From the NCBI GenBank assembly GCA_012925625.1, contig GCA_012925625.1_3625.1: 32,536 bases of DNA, one strand, 5' to 3'. The notes under the pieces were generated by a model that saw only the letters and a list, made by a program, of their open reading frames with translations, was not told where the DNA came from and made no database searches. Below are positions 24,479 to 32,536 of the stretch, piece after piece; positions within the stretch are counted from its first letter, which is position 1; the number at the start of each line of letters is the position of its first letter. The DNA comes from a phage. The position numbers were made by a program, and so were the translations under genes.

Positions 24479-24952
24479 CTAGTCTACCTGGACCCAACCG
24501 CCTGATACTTTTTTAAACATTCTTTGGTTATCGCTGCCTCGGAACGGTTTCTTGGTTGGTAAATCTTTTACATACTTACCGTCAATGATGATATCAGCCA
24601 GTTTAAGAACATCACTAGAGATATGGTCAAATGTGAACCCAGTATATACAAGAATAGTTTTCTTGTCACCAAATTTTTCCTTAATTTTCTCCATCAGGCT
24701 AATAATATCTGGCTCATTATAGTATGCTAAGGGTTCTCCACCCAGCAGAGAGATACCGCACACAGACGGGTTATCTAAATCTGACAAGATTTTTTGCAAG
24801 TCTTCTTCAGTAAACTCTCTCCCCTTATCTTTTGACCAAAATGCCTGATTAAAGCAACCAGGGCAAGCGTGTGGGCACCCAGATACCCATAAGGCAGTTC
24901 TAATACCTGGCCCTTCGGTGTAAGATATTTCTGTGTATCCGGCAATATTCAT
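24479..24952 (-). CDS. nrdG: anaerobic ribonucleotide reductase activating protein (radical SAM)
   Basis: Cys cluster CPHACPGC near N-terminus, ~157 aa, immediately downstream of nrdD. Confidence 0.85.
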   Translation of the reverse strand: MNIAGYTEISYTEGPGIRTALWVSGCPHACPGCFNQAFWSKDKGREFTEEDLQKILSDLDNPSVCGISLLGGEPLAYYNEPDIISLMEKIKEKFGDKKTILVYTGFTFDHISSDVLKLADIIIDGKYVKDLPTKKPFRGSDNQRMFKKVSGGWVQVD

Positions 24953-25065
24953 AGATACTCCGCATCACATTTAGGGCAATGCCAAATAAAATCGTCCAGT
25001 GCCTTGCACCAACGAAGATTGCAACGACAACCACACTTGCAAATTTTATAAATACCTGTAGACAT
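24949..25065 (-). CDS. small Cys-rich protein (38 aa, zinc-ribbon-like), not in ORF track
   Basis: RBS AGGAGG; MSTGIYKICKCGCRCNLRWCKALDDFIWHCPKCDAEYL; TGA overlaps the nrdG ATG. Confidence 0.45.
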   Translation of the reverse strand: MSTGIYKICKCGCRCNLRWCKALDDFIWHCPKCDAEYL

Positions 25066-25128
25066 ACTGTACCTCCTAGCTCACTGTATGTCAATAATAT
25101 GCCACATCCTTGTGGCTTTTGTCAAGTA

Positions 25129-26400
25129 TCAGCAACCACAACTTCCGTAGTGCTTAACCCGTTCTATAACTTCCGCTTGCTTACCTTTATTGTAAGGACG
25201 GGAGTTTGGACTAGACAGGTACCCGGATACACGTCTGATCACACTGATCGTTCCCTCTTCATGGTTTCCACACTCTGGGCATACGAATCCCTTAGCTGTT
25301 GCACTGAACTCACCAGAGAAACCACACTTAAGACATTTATCCACAGGCTGGTTGATACCAAAATACATAATGTGTTTATATCCGAAATCAACAAGAGCTT
25401 CCAAAGCATCTAAGTTGTTTTTCAGATTTGGTGTCTCTACGTATCCGATGTTGCCACCAGAAGAGATCATAGCAAAACCTTCCTCATACTCCCACTTATC
25501 AAAAGGCGAGCTATTGATCCATACTGGCTGATGGAAACTGTTGGTGAGATATTCATGCTCGTGCTTCAACACTTCAGGATATTCACGATCCAGACAGGTT
25601 GCAGCTTTATAGCATAGACTCTCAGAAGGGGTGCCGTACAAGCTAAACGCTAGTCTACTTTCCTTCTTGTATCGCTCACAAGCATCTCTCATGTGCTGAA
25701 GTATTCCAAGAGCTAAAGCCTTGTCACCCTCCCTGCCCAAAATCTGACAGGTTTCATACACACCAATATACCCAATACTGATGGAAGCGTACCCGTCATA
25801 GAAGAGTTTATCAATACTCTCTTCAGGATCCAGGCGAGCAAGAGCGCCTTCACACCACATGATAGGGTTCTGCCCTGCCTTTGTTCCTTTTAGACGGTTA
25901 ACCCTTACAAGGTGAGCCTCGTATGCAAGATCCAGGTATTCGTCAAGAACTGCAAAGAAATCAACACCTTCCGTTTTAGCTTTTGCCGCAATCATTGGCA
26001 GGTTAAGGCTAACAACGCCTAAGTTAAATCTGCCAAGGTATTTCTCCTCTCCTGTTTCCAAGTCATTGTATTTGCTAAGAAAACTCCGGCAACCCATGCT
26101 CGTTACTTTACCATCTGTCGAGCCTGTCACTTTACGATTTAGTGGAACAGAAACAAAGTCAGGATAAATCCGCTCTGCAGAGCATTCCAGAGCTAATCGT
26201 TTCAAATCATAGTTAGGATCTCCAGGGTTCATGTTGACACCCTCTTCTAGGAAGAACAGCACTTTAGGGAACACAGGTGTGATACGTTCTTCACCAAGAC
26301 CCATTTTGTGGACTTTCAAGTAGTTTTTGGTAATCATTCTACCAAATACTGAGGTGTCCAGACCTAAACTTAATGTGATAAAAGGGGTTTGCGGTCCCCA
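25129..26400 (-). CDS. nrdD: anaerobic ribonucleoside-triphosphate reductase, exon 2 (C-terminal part)
   Basis: Glycyl-radical motif RVSGYL, zinc-site CLKCG...CPECG; reading frame stays open upstream of the track ATG to 26400 (WGPQTPFITLSLGLDTS...). Confidence 0.8.
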   Translation of the reverse strand, partial: WGPQTPFITLSLGLDTSVFGRMITKNYLKVHKMGLGEERITPVFPKVLFFLEEGVNMNPGDPNYDLKRLALECSAERIYPDFVSVPLNRKVTGSTDGKVTSMGCRSFLSKYNDLETGEEKYLGRFNLGVVSLNLPMIAAKAKTEGVDFFAVLDEYLDLAYEAHLVRVNRLKGTKAGQNPIMWCEGALARLDPEESIDKLFYDGYASISIGYIGVYETCQILGREGDKALALGILQHMRDACERYKKESRLAFSLYGTPSESLCYKAATCLDREYPEVLKHEHEYLTNSFHQPVWINSSPFDKWEYEEGFAMISSGGNIGYVETPNLKNNLDALEALVDFGYKHIMYFGINQPVDKCLKCGFSGEFSATAKGFVCPECGNHEEGTISVIRRVSGYLSSPNSRPYNKGKQAEVIERVKHYGSCGC

Positions 26401-26648
26401 CCCTTATGTTTCCACAAGGCCAGACTATCTCTTGCCTGAAATCACACCGTGTGATTCTTAATCAGACCTCTGCGTTTCGGAATCTTCCATAATCCCTACA
26501 CCAAAAGGTTAGTCGTTACAACCGCCTCACTCCTTGTGAAGCTAGTCACGGGATTGGCATAGCTTTCGCCTTAGCGTTCCCCGTTAGCCAGCGATCAGCT
26601 GACCCCTCATACTGAGGTTAGCAGAGTTTTAAAACGGCCAGTTTGTTA
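26401..26648 (-). ncRNA. group I self-splicing intron (ORF-less, ~248 nt) interrupting nrdD
   Basis: Minus-strand RNA shows P1 pairing AACGGU with GCCGUU ending in U.G, ACGGGGAAC...AAUCCCGUG (P4/P6), GACUA paired with AAGAGAUAGUCUGG (P7), GAAA-capped P9 hairpin and terminal G; boundaries +/- a few nt. Confidence 0.75.
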
Positions 26649-27509
26649 ACCGTTGACAGAAGTTAACGTATTGATTTGATAGAGCAAAGTCTGCATGCTG
26701 TCAAATACGTCTTTATCTGTCATTTGCATTGCAACAGTCTCAGCATCTGGCAACCAATGTTCCTGGCAAAATTTAAGGTTCTTCTCATAGGTCGCTTCAG
26801 CATACTGTGCCAGATAATGATCAATATGGCTCATAGTCTGACCCCCATATTGAGCACTAGCTACTGCACTAGAGATTTGGCTAAGGATTGTTGTTGCAAC
26901 CCCTATTGACTTCGGCTTACTGACATGGGCGTTACCAATGTTGAATCCGTTTTCCAACATGTCGGGATAATTTACCAAACAACAGTTTGTTAACGGACTG
27001 ATCAAGTAGTCAAGATCATGCACATGGATGAAGCCTTTATTGTGCTCTTCTGAGACACGGTCTGGCAGGATCTGTGTTGATGCAAGATGTTTGCTAAGGA
27101 TTCCTGCAAGCAGGTCACGATGAGTGTGTACATGATTAGTAGGCTTATTTGCGTTTTCTTTTGTAAATTCATCACAAGTTCGATCCAAGAAGCCACTAAT
27201 ATCTGCAAGCAGTTTTCCACCTGCCTCTCTGTTATTATCTCTTGTCTGCCTATATTGGATGTATTCTCTGGCTGCACATTTTAAACCCATATCCATAAGA
27301 GCGTCTTCAACAAGGATATGGATATTTTTTACAGAGATCGTGCACTGATCGGTTGGTAGATTGTTAGCAACAACTTCATTAACCGCACAGGCGATCCGGT
27401 AAGCTTCTTCTTCAGTATGTCCAGACTCAAGTAAGGCGGACTCTGCCGCCTTGATCACCTTAATTCCGTTATAGAACTCTTCTCTACCGTCCCGTTTTAC
27501 AACTTTCAC
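26649..27509 (-). CDS. nrdD: anaerobic ribonucleoside-triphosphate reductase, exon 1 (N-terminal part with ATP-cone)
   Basis: N-terminus MKVVKRDGREEFYNGIKVIKA is ATP-cone-like; frame closes in the intron 3 nt past the proposed 5' splice site. Confidence 0.8.
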
Positions 27510-27784
27510 TTTTTCTCTCCAAAACCATTCTTAACAAAAGAGATGAAATCGTCAGCACCGCCTATATGGACACTGTCAAGATCGCTCTCTAAGAAGATCT
27601 GCGGCAACGTTCTAGGGACGATTGGACTACACTTCTCAATAAGCTCTTCTTTTGTATAGCCCTCGCCAAGTGTCTTATATACAAAAGGCAGATCTTTGCT
27701 GACTGCAAATTCTTTTGCTCTTACACAATGTGGGCAGTTATCTTTACCGTAAATGATAAAGAAAAAAGATTTTTCACAGCTCAT
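27506..27784 (-). CDS. nrdC: glutaredoxin-like protein (phage NrdC/NrdH-type redoxin)
   Basis: Active-site CPHC, glutaredoxin motifs TLPQIF and GGADD; lies between nrdB and nrdD. Confidence 0.75.
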   Translation of the reverse strand: MSCEKSFFFIIYGKDNCPHCVRAKEFAVSKDLPFVYKTLGEGYTKEELIEKCSPIVPRTLPQIFLESDLDSVHIGGADDFISFVKNGFGEKK

Positions 27785-27787
27785 ATA

Positions 27788-28876
27788 TTAAAACTCCCAA
27801 ATTTCTTCTTCAGCGTCGTTAACAGTTGTGTTGACGCGGTAGTCGGTGTTCGACATTTCCTGGTTAGCCGTCTGTTGCAATGAAGGTTTCATCCACACCT
27901 GCATAAACGGTAGCGGGTCCTTTGTTGGCGGCACAAAGTCTTTGTCGATGCCGTAGTAATCATAAATCGGTGAGCAGTTATAGTCAACCCATTCTTTAAG
28001 CAACGGTGAGTTAAGACCTATAATCGCTCTTCCTTCGCTGAAAATATAGTCACTCCAACCGTACTCTTTGGTTCGTACTTCATCAAGAATCTCTTTTAAC
28101 TCCCCTTTTATCTCAAGGAAGCTTTTCTCCCATGCTGGATCATTAAGCAGGATATCAATGATGGCAAAATCACCTTTCGAGTGTAGCATTTCATCAAGCA
28201 TGATTTTTTGAACAAGCTGCGCCACCTGAACAAAAATACCCTGTTCAGCTACTGCGAAAGTGCATGCAAAACTTGCAATAAACTCAATACTTTCCAGGGC
28301 TAAAAGTGCAAAAAGCGCTCTAAGAATGCATTTCCGCACAATATCTTCTTCAACACTAGAAGGATCCAGTCGGTATTTTGCACCAATGACCTCAAGCTCT
28401 TGCATGTATTTGACAATAACGCCAGATCTGCTCAGAACGTTTTGGTTTTCCTGAATCTCTTCTATAATCTCACGGGCATTGGGGAGGCATTGTCTAACAA
28501 TCTCTGAGTAAGTTAGTGCGTGAAGAACTTCAATCTCTGACTGTTTCATCAATAGAGTGAAAAGCTCACTATTAGTGATGAATGGTGAAAAGAGGCAGAT
28601 GATCGATCTTGCCGCAACGCTATCAGCCTCCCATTGCCACATCAAGGTCTGCACCATCACATCATAAGTTGACTTGGAGCATGTTACAAAATCTGAAATA
28701 GATTGCGACAAATCCACTTCATCCTCTGCCCAGTCTTGTTCTTTTTGTTTTTTGTACAGTTCGAACAGTTGTGGATATTTTTTGTTGATAGAGTCGTACA
28801 TACCCATTTGCTGTCCCAGAAACAGCGGATAGTCACCAGTTTTATGAGCGGTGTTCTCAGCATTAAATACAGCCAT
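27788..28876 (-). CDS. nrdB: ribonucleotide reductase class Ia small subunit
   Basis: ~362 aa directly downstream of nrdA; start placed at MAVFNAENT with RBS GAGGT (track ORF extends 20 codons upstream without RBS). Confidence 0.8.
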   Translation of the reverse strand: MAVFNAENTAHKTGDYPLFLGQQMGMYDSINKKYPQLFELYKKQKEQDWAEDEVDLSQSISDFVTCSKSTYDVMVQTLMWQWEADSVAARSIICLFSPFITNSELFTLLMKQSEIEVLHALTYSEIVRQCLPNAREIIEEIQENQNVLSRSGVIVKYMQELEVIGAKYRLDPSSVEEDIVRKCILRALFALLALESIEFIASFACTFAVAEQGIFVQVAQLVQKIMLDEMLHSKGDFAIIDILLNDPAWEKSFLEIKGELKEILDEVRTKEYGWSDYIFSEGRAIIGLNSPLLKEWVDYNCSPIYDYYGIDKDFVPPTKDPLPFMQVWMKPSLQQTANQEMSNTDYRVNTTVNDAEEEIWEF

Positions 28877-28889
28877 TATTCTACCTCTA

Positions 28890-28910
28890 AAATGGGGCCG
28901 AAGCCCCTTT
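28890..28910 (-). terminator. UUCG-tetraloop hairpin GGGGC-UUCG-GCCCC (minus-strand RNA) between nrdA and nrdB
   Basis: Read on the minus strand; followed by AUUUUA and then the nrdB RBS; terminator or RNA-stability element. Confidence 0.45.
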
Positions 28911-28914
28911 AAAA

Positions 28915-31230
28915 TTATAGTGCACAGCTTTCGCAATACGGATCTTCAACTGAACTATCTGCAATCAAAGGATAGTTCTTTCTGGTTTCATCTTCAGCCT
29001 GTTTCTTGGCATGAAGTTCCTCTGCCAAGGAGTCACCAGCACCAACCCTAGAGTTTAAATAATACCATGTCTTCATCCCGAATTTAGTGGCACGGATAAG
29101 GTACCCTAGCTGCTCCTTCATTGAAATTTTACCATCTTTCAACTTGGTGTAGTCTATGTATAAATCCGCGCTGATTGCCTGACCTGTGAATTTTTGAATC
29201 ACAGCATACATATCGATCATGTCGTTAGTATCAACGTCCCAAGCCGAGGTGTAATACTCTTTCAACTCATCATAGTCAGGAACGATAAACAGCACCTGCC
29301 CTTGTGGCGATTTTTTAAAGATAATGTGCTCACGGACAGGATAAACCCCATTAGTGGTGTTTGTTGCCAGCGAAGAGCTTTCATTAGGCATATATGCTTC
29401 AAGAACGCTATTACGTAGCCCACCATTTTCAATGATTTCTTTACGTAACCCTTCCCAATCCTGTTTAAGAGAAGGATCTTTCACCACGCTATCGACCTCT
29501 TTGTTATAGGTGTCGATTGGTAACCAACCTTCTGGATATTTTGTCTTATGCATCCACTCGCAGACACCACGCTCTTTTGCCAACCGTAAACTTGCCTTAT
29601 GCAAGCTGTAGCTGTGAAGTTCTGCAAGATCGTGAACAAGCTGTTTACTTTCAGGAGATCCGTAAGTAACCTTGTGGCTGGCAATAAAATGTGCAACATT
29701 GGTAAGGCCAACCCCAATGGATCTGCGTTTTTTAACAGTACTCTCCATATTTTCATACGGATATGTCATGATTTCCATAACATTGTCAATCATAAGCACC
29801 GTGTAGTATGCAACATCCTCATACTCCTCTGGGGTAACCCTTCCAGCTACAAGGGATGACAGGAAGCACAATGCAACCTCACCATCATCAACATCGTACT
29901 TGAAGATATTACGCATATCTGAATAGCCTTTTGTCGGGAGGGCTATTTCTGCACACAGGTTACTTGAATAGATCACATCTTTAAAAGGTGTATGTCTATT
30001 CATCTCATCTGTCCAGTATACGTACAGTCTTCCCACCTCGGTACGCTGCGTGATCAGCTCAACAGCAAGATCTCTAGCTCGGATCCATGTTTTAGGAACA
30101 CTGTCATCTTTAGCGATACGATCAACCTCTGCATCAAACTCCTCCATAGACATGGTGAAGATACCTTCATGCAGTTGAGGCGCGTGCTTATAAGAAACAA
30201 GCATCCAATCTAAATTCTTAGCCACACGGTTGATAAACGACCTATTAATACCTATAGAGTAGTCCATGGTGTTGATTCTTTTTGAAGCAACAGTCATAGG
30301 ATTTCTCAAACGGATTAGCTCATCAATCTGCGGGTCTAGTGCAAGGAATGATACTGTTGCAGAACCGCCACGTGATTGTTGTCTGTTCTCCTTAACCCCA
30401 GCATCAATACCTCGATAATATGGGATCTTACCCATGTGTTTAATAGTGTTACCACGAACACCATCGCCTGCAGATCTTGATGATAAATAGTAGCCGATAC
30501 CTGCTTGGTTAACCGTCATTGTGTACGCAACTTCACGTGCCACACCAATAGATTTTGCTGTATCATCAGCTTTTATTACACAACAAGATGCATACCCTGT
30601 CTTACCTGTACGCAGCCCGTTTAAGTACGGTGTCGGGGCATTGATCTTTAAGTCGGACAGATAAGTGTATAATTTTACAACATCGTTGATACGACGTTCT
30701 TTCGGCATATTCTTCATGACAGCCATTGCTATCCCCATAAACATCATCTGGGGAGATTCAAACAGGGTGTCTTTAAGAGTATCCTTGATCCCGTATTTGT
30801 CGCGAAACTGTTTAAGGACTGCATAGCCGTAACCGAGATCTTTACTGTGGTCAATAACAGCGCCTAAAGTGTTTAGCTCGGTAAAGCTATAACCCATATC
30901 CTCCCAATACCCTTTCTCAACCATGGTATTGTAAAATGATGGTAAGGAAGGGATCTTTGTAAACCCTCCAAAAGCCTCTTTATAAATCTGACCAATAAGA
31001 ACACGACCAGCCATACGGGAATGTGCTTCGTCTTTACGGCTAACACAGGAGTCTATGATAGCTTGGTTAACTTCTTTGGTTGTACATCCATCATACAGTC
31101 GTTTGTATGCATCCAGTGCAATGTGTGACCAATTGCCGTTACCGTCGTCACCGAAAATAGCTGCCTTATTTAAACGTTCTGGATCGAATGCCACTTCACA
31201 TCCGTTGCTTTTAATTACCTTGGTGATCAA
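28915..31230 (-). CDS. nrdA: ribonucleotide reductase class Ia large subunit
   Basis: N-terminal ATP-cone VIKSNGCEVAFDPERLNKA, active-site NLCAEI, C-terminal Cys pair CESCAL, 771 aa. Confidence 0.9.
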   Translation of the reverse strand: MITKVIKSNGCEVAFDPERLNKAAIFGDDGNGNWSHIALDAYKRLYDGCTTKEVNQAIIDSCVSRKDEAHSRMAGRVLIGQIYKEAFGGFTKIPSLPSFYNTMVEKGYWEDMGYSFTELNTLGAVIDHSKDLGYGYAVLKQFRDKYGIKDTLKDTLFESPQMMFMGIAMAVMKNMPKERRINDVVKLYTYLSDLKINAPTPYLNGLRTGKTGYASCCVIKADDTAKSIGVAREVAYTMTVNQAGIGYYLSSRSAGDGVRGNTIKHMGKIPYYRGIDAGVKENRQQSRGGSATVSFLALDPQIDELIRLRNPMTVASKRINTMDYSIGINRSFINRVAKNLDWMLVSYKHAPQLHEGIFTMSMEEFDAEVDRIAKDDSVPKTWIRARDLAVELITQRTEVGRLYVYWTDEMNRHTPFKDVIYSSNLCAEIALPTKGYSDMRNIFKYDVDDGEVALCFLSSLVAGRVTPEEYEDVAYYTVLMIDNVMEIMTYPYENMESTVKKRRSIGVGLTNVAHFIASHKVTYGSPESKQLVHDLAELHSYSLHKASLRLAKERGVCEWMHKTKYPEGWLPIDTYNKEVDSVVKDPSLKQDWEGLRKEIIENGGLRNSVLEAYMPNESSSLATNTTNGVYPVREHIIFKKSPQGQVLFIVPDYDELKEYYTSAWDVDTNDMIDMYAVIQKFTGQAISADLYIDYTKLKDGKISMKEQLGYLIRATKFGMKTWYYLNSRVGAGDSLAEELHAKKQAEDETRKNYPLIADSSVEDPYCESCAL

Positions 31231-31457
31231 TTTGCTTCCTCCACTTCATTAACGTATTTATCAAGGCAGGTATCAGTATCTTGCTGGACAAAGGTATCCT
31301 CTTCTACAGAGATATTTATAATTTTACCTGTATACTCGTCATAATAAACATCATCATACATTTTAATATCGTTTGTCAGGCCGTTGAACCAAAGCCAGCC
31401 AACATATTCTGCCCGACTTGCAAAACCAAGATCCTTCCACTTGGAGTTATGACTCAT
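31227..31457 (-). CDS. hypothetical protein (76 aa)
   Basis: Start placed at internal ATG (MSHNSKW...) with RBS AAGGTGGTG; 3' end overlaps the nrdA start. Confidence 0.5.
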   Translation of the reverse strand: MSHNSKWKDLGFASRAEYVGWLWFNGLTNDIKMYDDVYYDEYTGKIINISVEEDTFVQQDTDTCLDKYVNEVEEAN

Positions 31458-31467
31458 CTTCACCACC

Positions 31468-31968
31468 TTAGCTTTCAATACCGAATAATTTTTCCAGGCG
31501 ATGCAGATCTTCAAAATTGAAAGGTTCATCAACAATATGAATATCTTCAGCCTTTTCAGATTGTTTTGTATACTTTCTTACATTAACACGATCCTCTACA
31601 GGAATATCATACGGAAGATCTTGAACAAGCATTGCCTCACCGGGTGCTTTATCTACATCTAAAATATCTACACCGTTATACATTTGCGGGTATCTAAAGT
31701 CTGCACGCATGACACCAGCAAATACATCTGCCTTTCGATAATGTGTTGGATTATTTTTGCATCGAACGTTTTTTCCACGAAGAACATCAATACTTTTTAA
31801 ATCAAACCCTACGGCAAAGAGTGCAGCTCGGAGACCGTTTCGTGTGCGAACGTTAAACCCTGGAACGGTAGATAGGAAATCTAAAGTAACTGAAATAAAT
31901 GTCTTTTTAGGAATCATAACATTACTCATATCTGTCTCCATTTCTGGCTCACCAACAAAGTGAGCCAT
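31468..31968 (-). CDS. hypothetical protein (166 aa)
   Basis: ORF in track; no family assignable by eye. Confidence 0.6.
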   Translation of the reverse strand: MAHFVGEPEMETDMSNVMIPKKTFISVTLDFLSTVPGFNVRTRNGLRAALFAVGFDLKSIDVLRGKNVRCKNNPTHYRKADVFAGVMRADFRYPQMYNGVDILDVDKAPGEAMLVQDLPYDIPVEDRVNVRKYTKQSEKAEDIHIVDEPFNFEDLHRLEKLFGIES

Positions 31969-32027
31969 TATTATAGATTATCTAATACTATTAGTCAACA
32001 CAAAAGTTACCTATCGCTGTGATAGGA

Positions 32028-32522
32028 TTAACCTTTCACGAAGTGGTTATTAAGCAGTTGTCTGTGCTGAACCCACCCACAAAAGTTGGCAGACCAGAAT
32101 TTACCATCACGGTCTTGATGGGTTACACCTTCCTGCCAAGTACTGACGTCTTGTGTGATTTCACATGAAGACAGGTAGTAGTTTAAACGTTCCATTGCGT
32201 TATCGTGATCCATAGGTGTTGCCTGGTGCTCGTAAGGGCTTGCATGAATACGATCCCCACCAATCAACTTTTTAGCCACACTGTCTGCCTTTTCAAACGT
32301 GCTGTCAATATTTCGATAAGATACTTGTGCACAGCAACTAGCACTAATAGACAGAGCTTCTTTAGTATCAAGAATGCAGAGCTTTCCTTCTGTGTCACGT
32401 ACAGCGTAGTTAAACTCTCCGTCCAAATAAACGTGCTCTACATATGGGGTGTGCCATTGACCTGGTTTAAGGATCTCAGGGGTGCTATTCACAAGAGCCT
32501 CCCACATGCAATTAGCCAACAT
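32028..32522 (-). CDS. hypothetical protein (164 aa)
   Basis: ORF in track near window edge; no family assignable by eye. Confidence 0.55.
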   Translation of the reverse strand: MLANCMWEALVNSTPEILKPGQWHTPYVEHVYLDGEFNYAVRDTEGKLCILDTKEALSISASCCAQVSYRNIDSTFEKADSVAKKLIGGDRIHASPYEHQATPMDHDNAMERLNYYLSSCEITQDVSTWQEGVTHQDRDGKFWSANFCGWVQHRQLLNNHFVKG

Positions 32523-32536
32523 CTGAATCGTAGGAT

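Noticed and set aside
24900-25094. 64-aa ORF overlapping the nrdG start
   Set aside because: No RBS and overlaps nrdG; the RBS-preceded 38-codon Cys-rich ORF in another frame explains this interval better
28260-30213. Plus-strand ORFs inside nrdA and nrdB (28260-28454, 28703-28912, 29194-29418, 29599-29859, 29992-30213)
   Set aside because: Antisense to strongly supported nrdA/nrdB coding sequence
27788-31230. Additional introns in nrdA or nrdB
   Set aside because: Both reading frames are uninterrupted and of normal length (771 aa and about 362 aa)
31468-31968. dUTPase or dCTP deaminase assignment for the 166-aa protein
   Set aside because: Only vague resemblance; the characteristic dUTPase motifs could not be found, so it is left hypothetical

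Overview
This window reads as part of a large virulent phage genome of a Gram-negative host (sigma70-type promoters and Shine-Dalgarno sites are visible throughout); no tRNA, rRNA or CRISPR array was found. It has three parts. (1) 1-6900, plus strand: about 20 short genes, most with their own promoter-like element, RBS and a hairpin terminator, which is typical early-gene organisation. (2) 6900-9300: a 2.4 kb ORF-poor region where the two transcription units converge, packed with inverted repeats, iteron-like tandem repeats and a duplicated G-rich element. (3) 9313-32536, minus strand: a tightly packed operon-like array containing a nucleotide-metabolism module (nrdA, nrdB, a glutaredoxin-like gene, nrdD, nrdG, phoH), a ClpP-like peptidase, a small NPPY methyltransferase, a ribosome hibernation factor (HPF/RaiA) homologue, and a long run of diverged paralogous small acidic proteins. 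The strongest single observation is that nrdD is split by a compact ORF-less group I intron of about 248 nt. All calls rest on reading the sequence and recalled family motifs; no database search was run, so boundaries and family assignments need confirmation.
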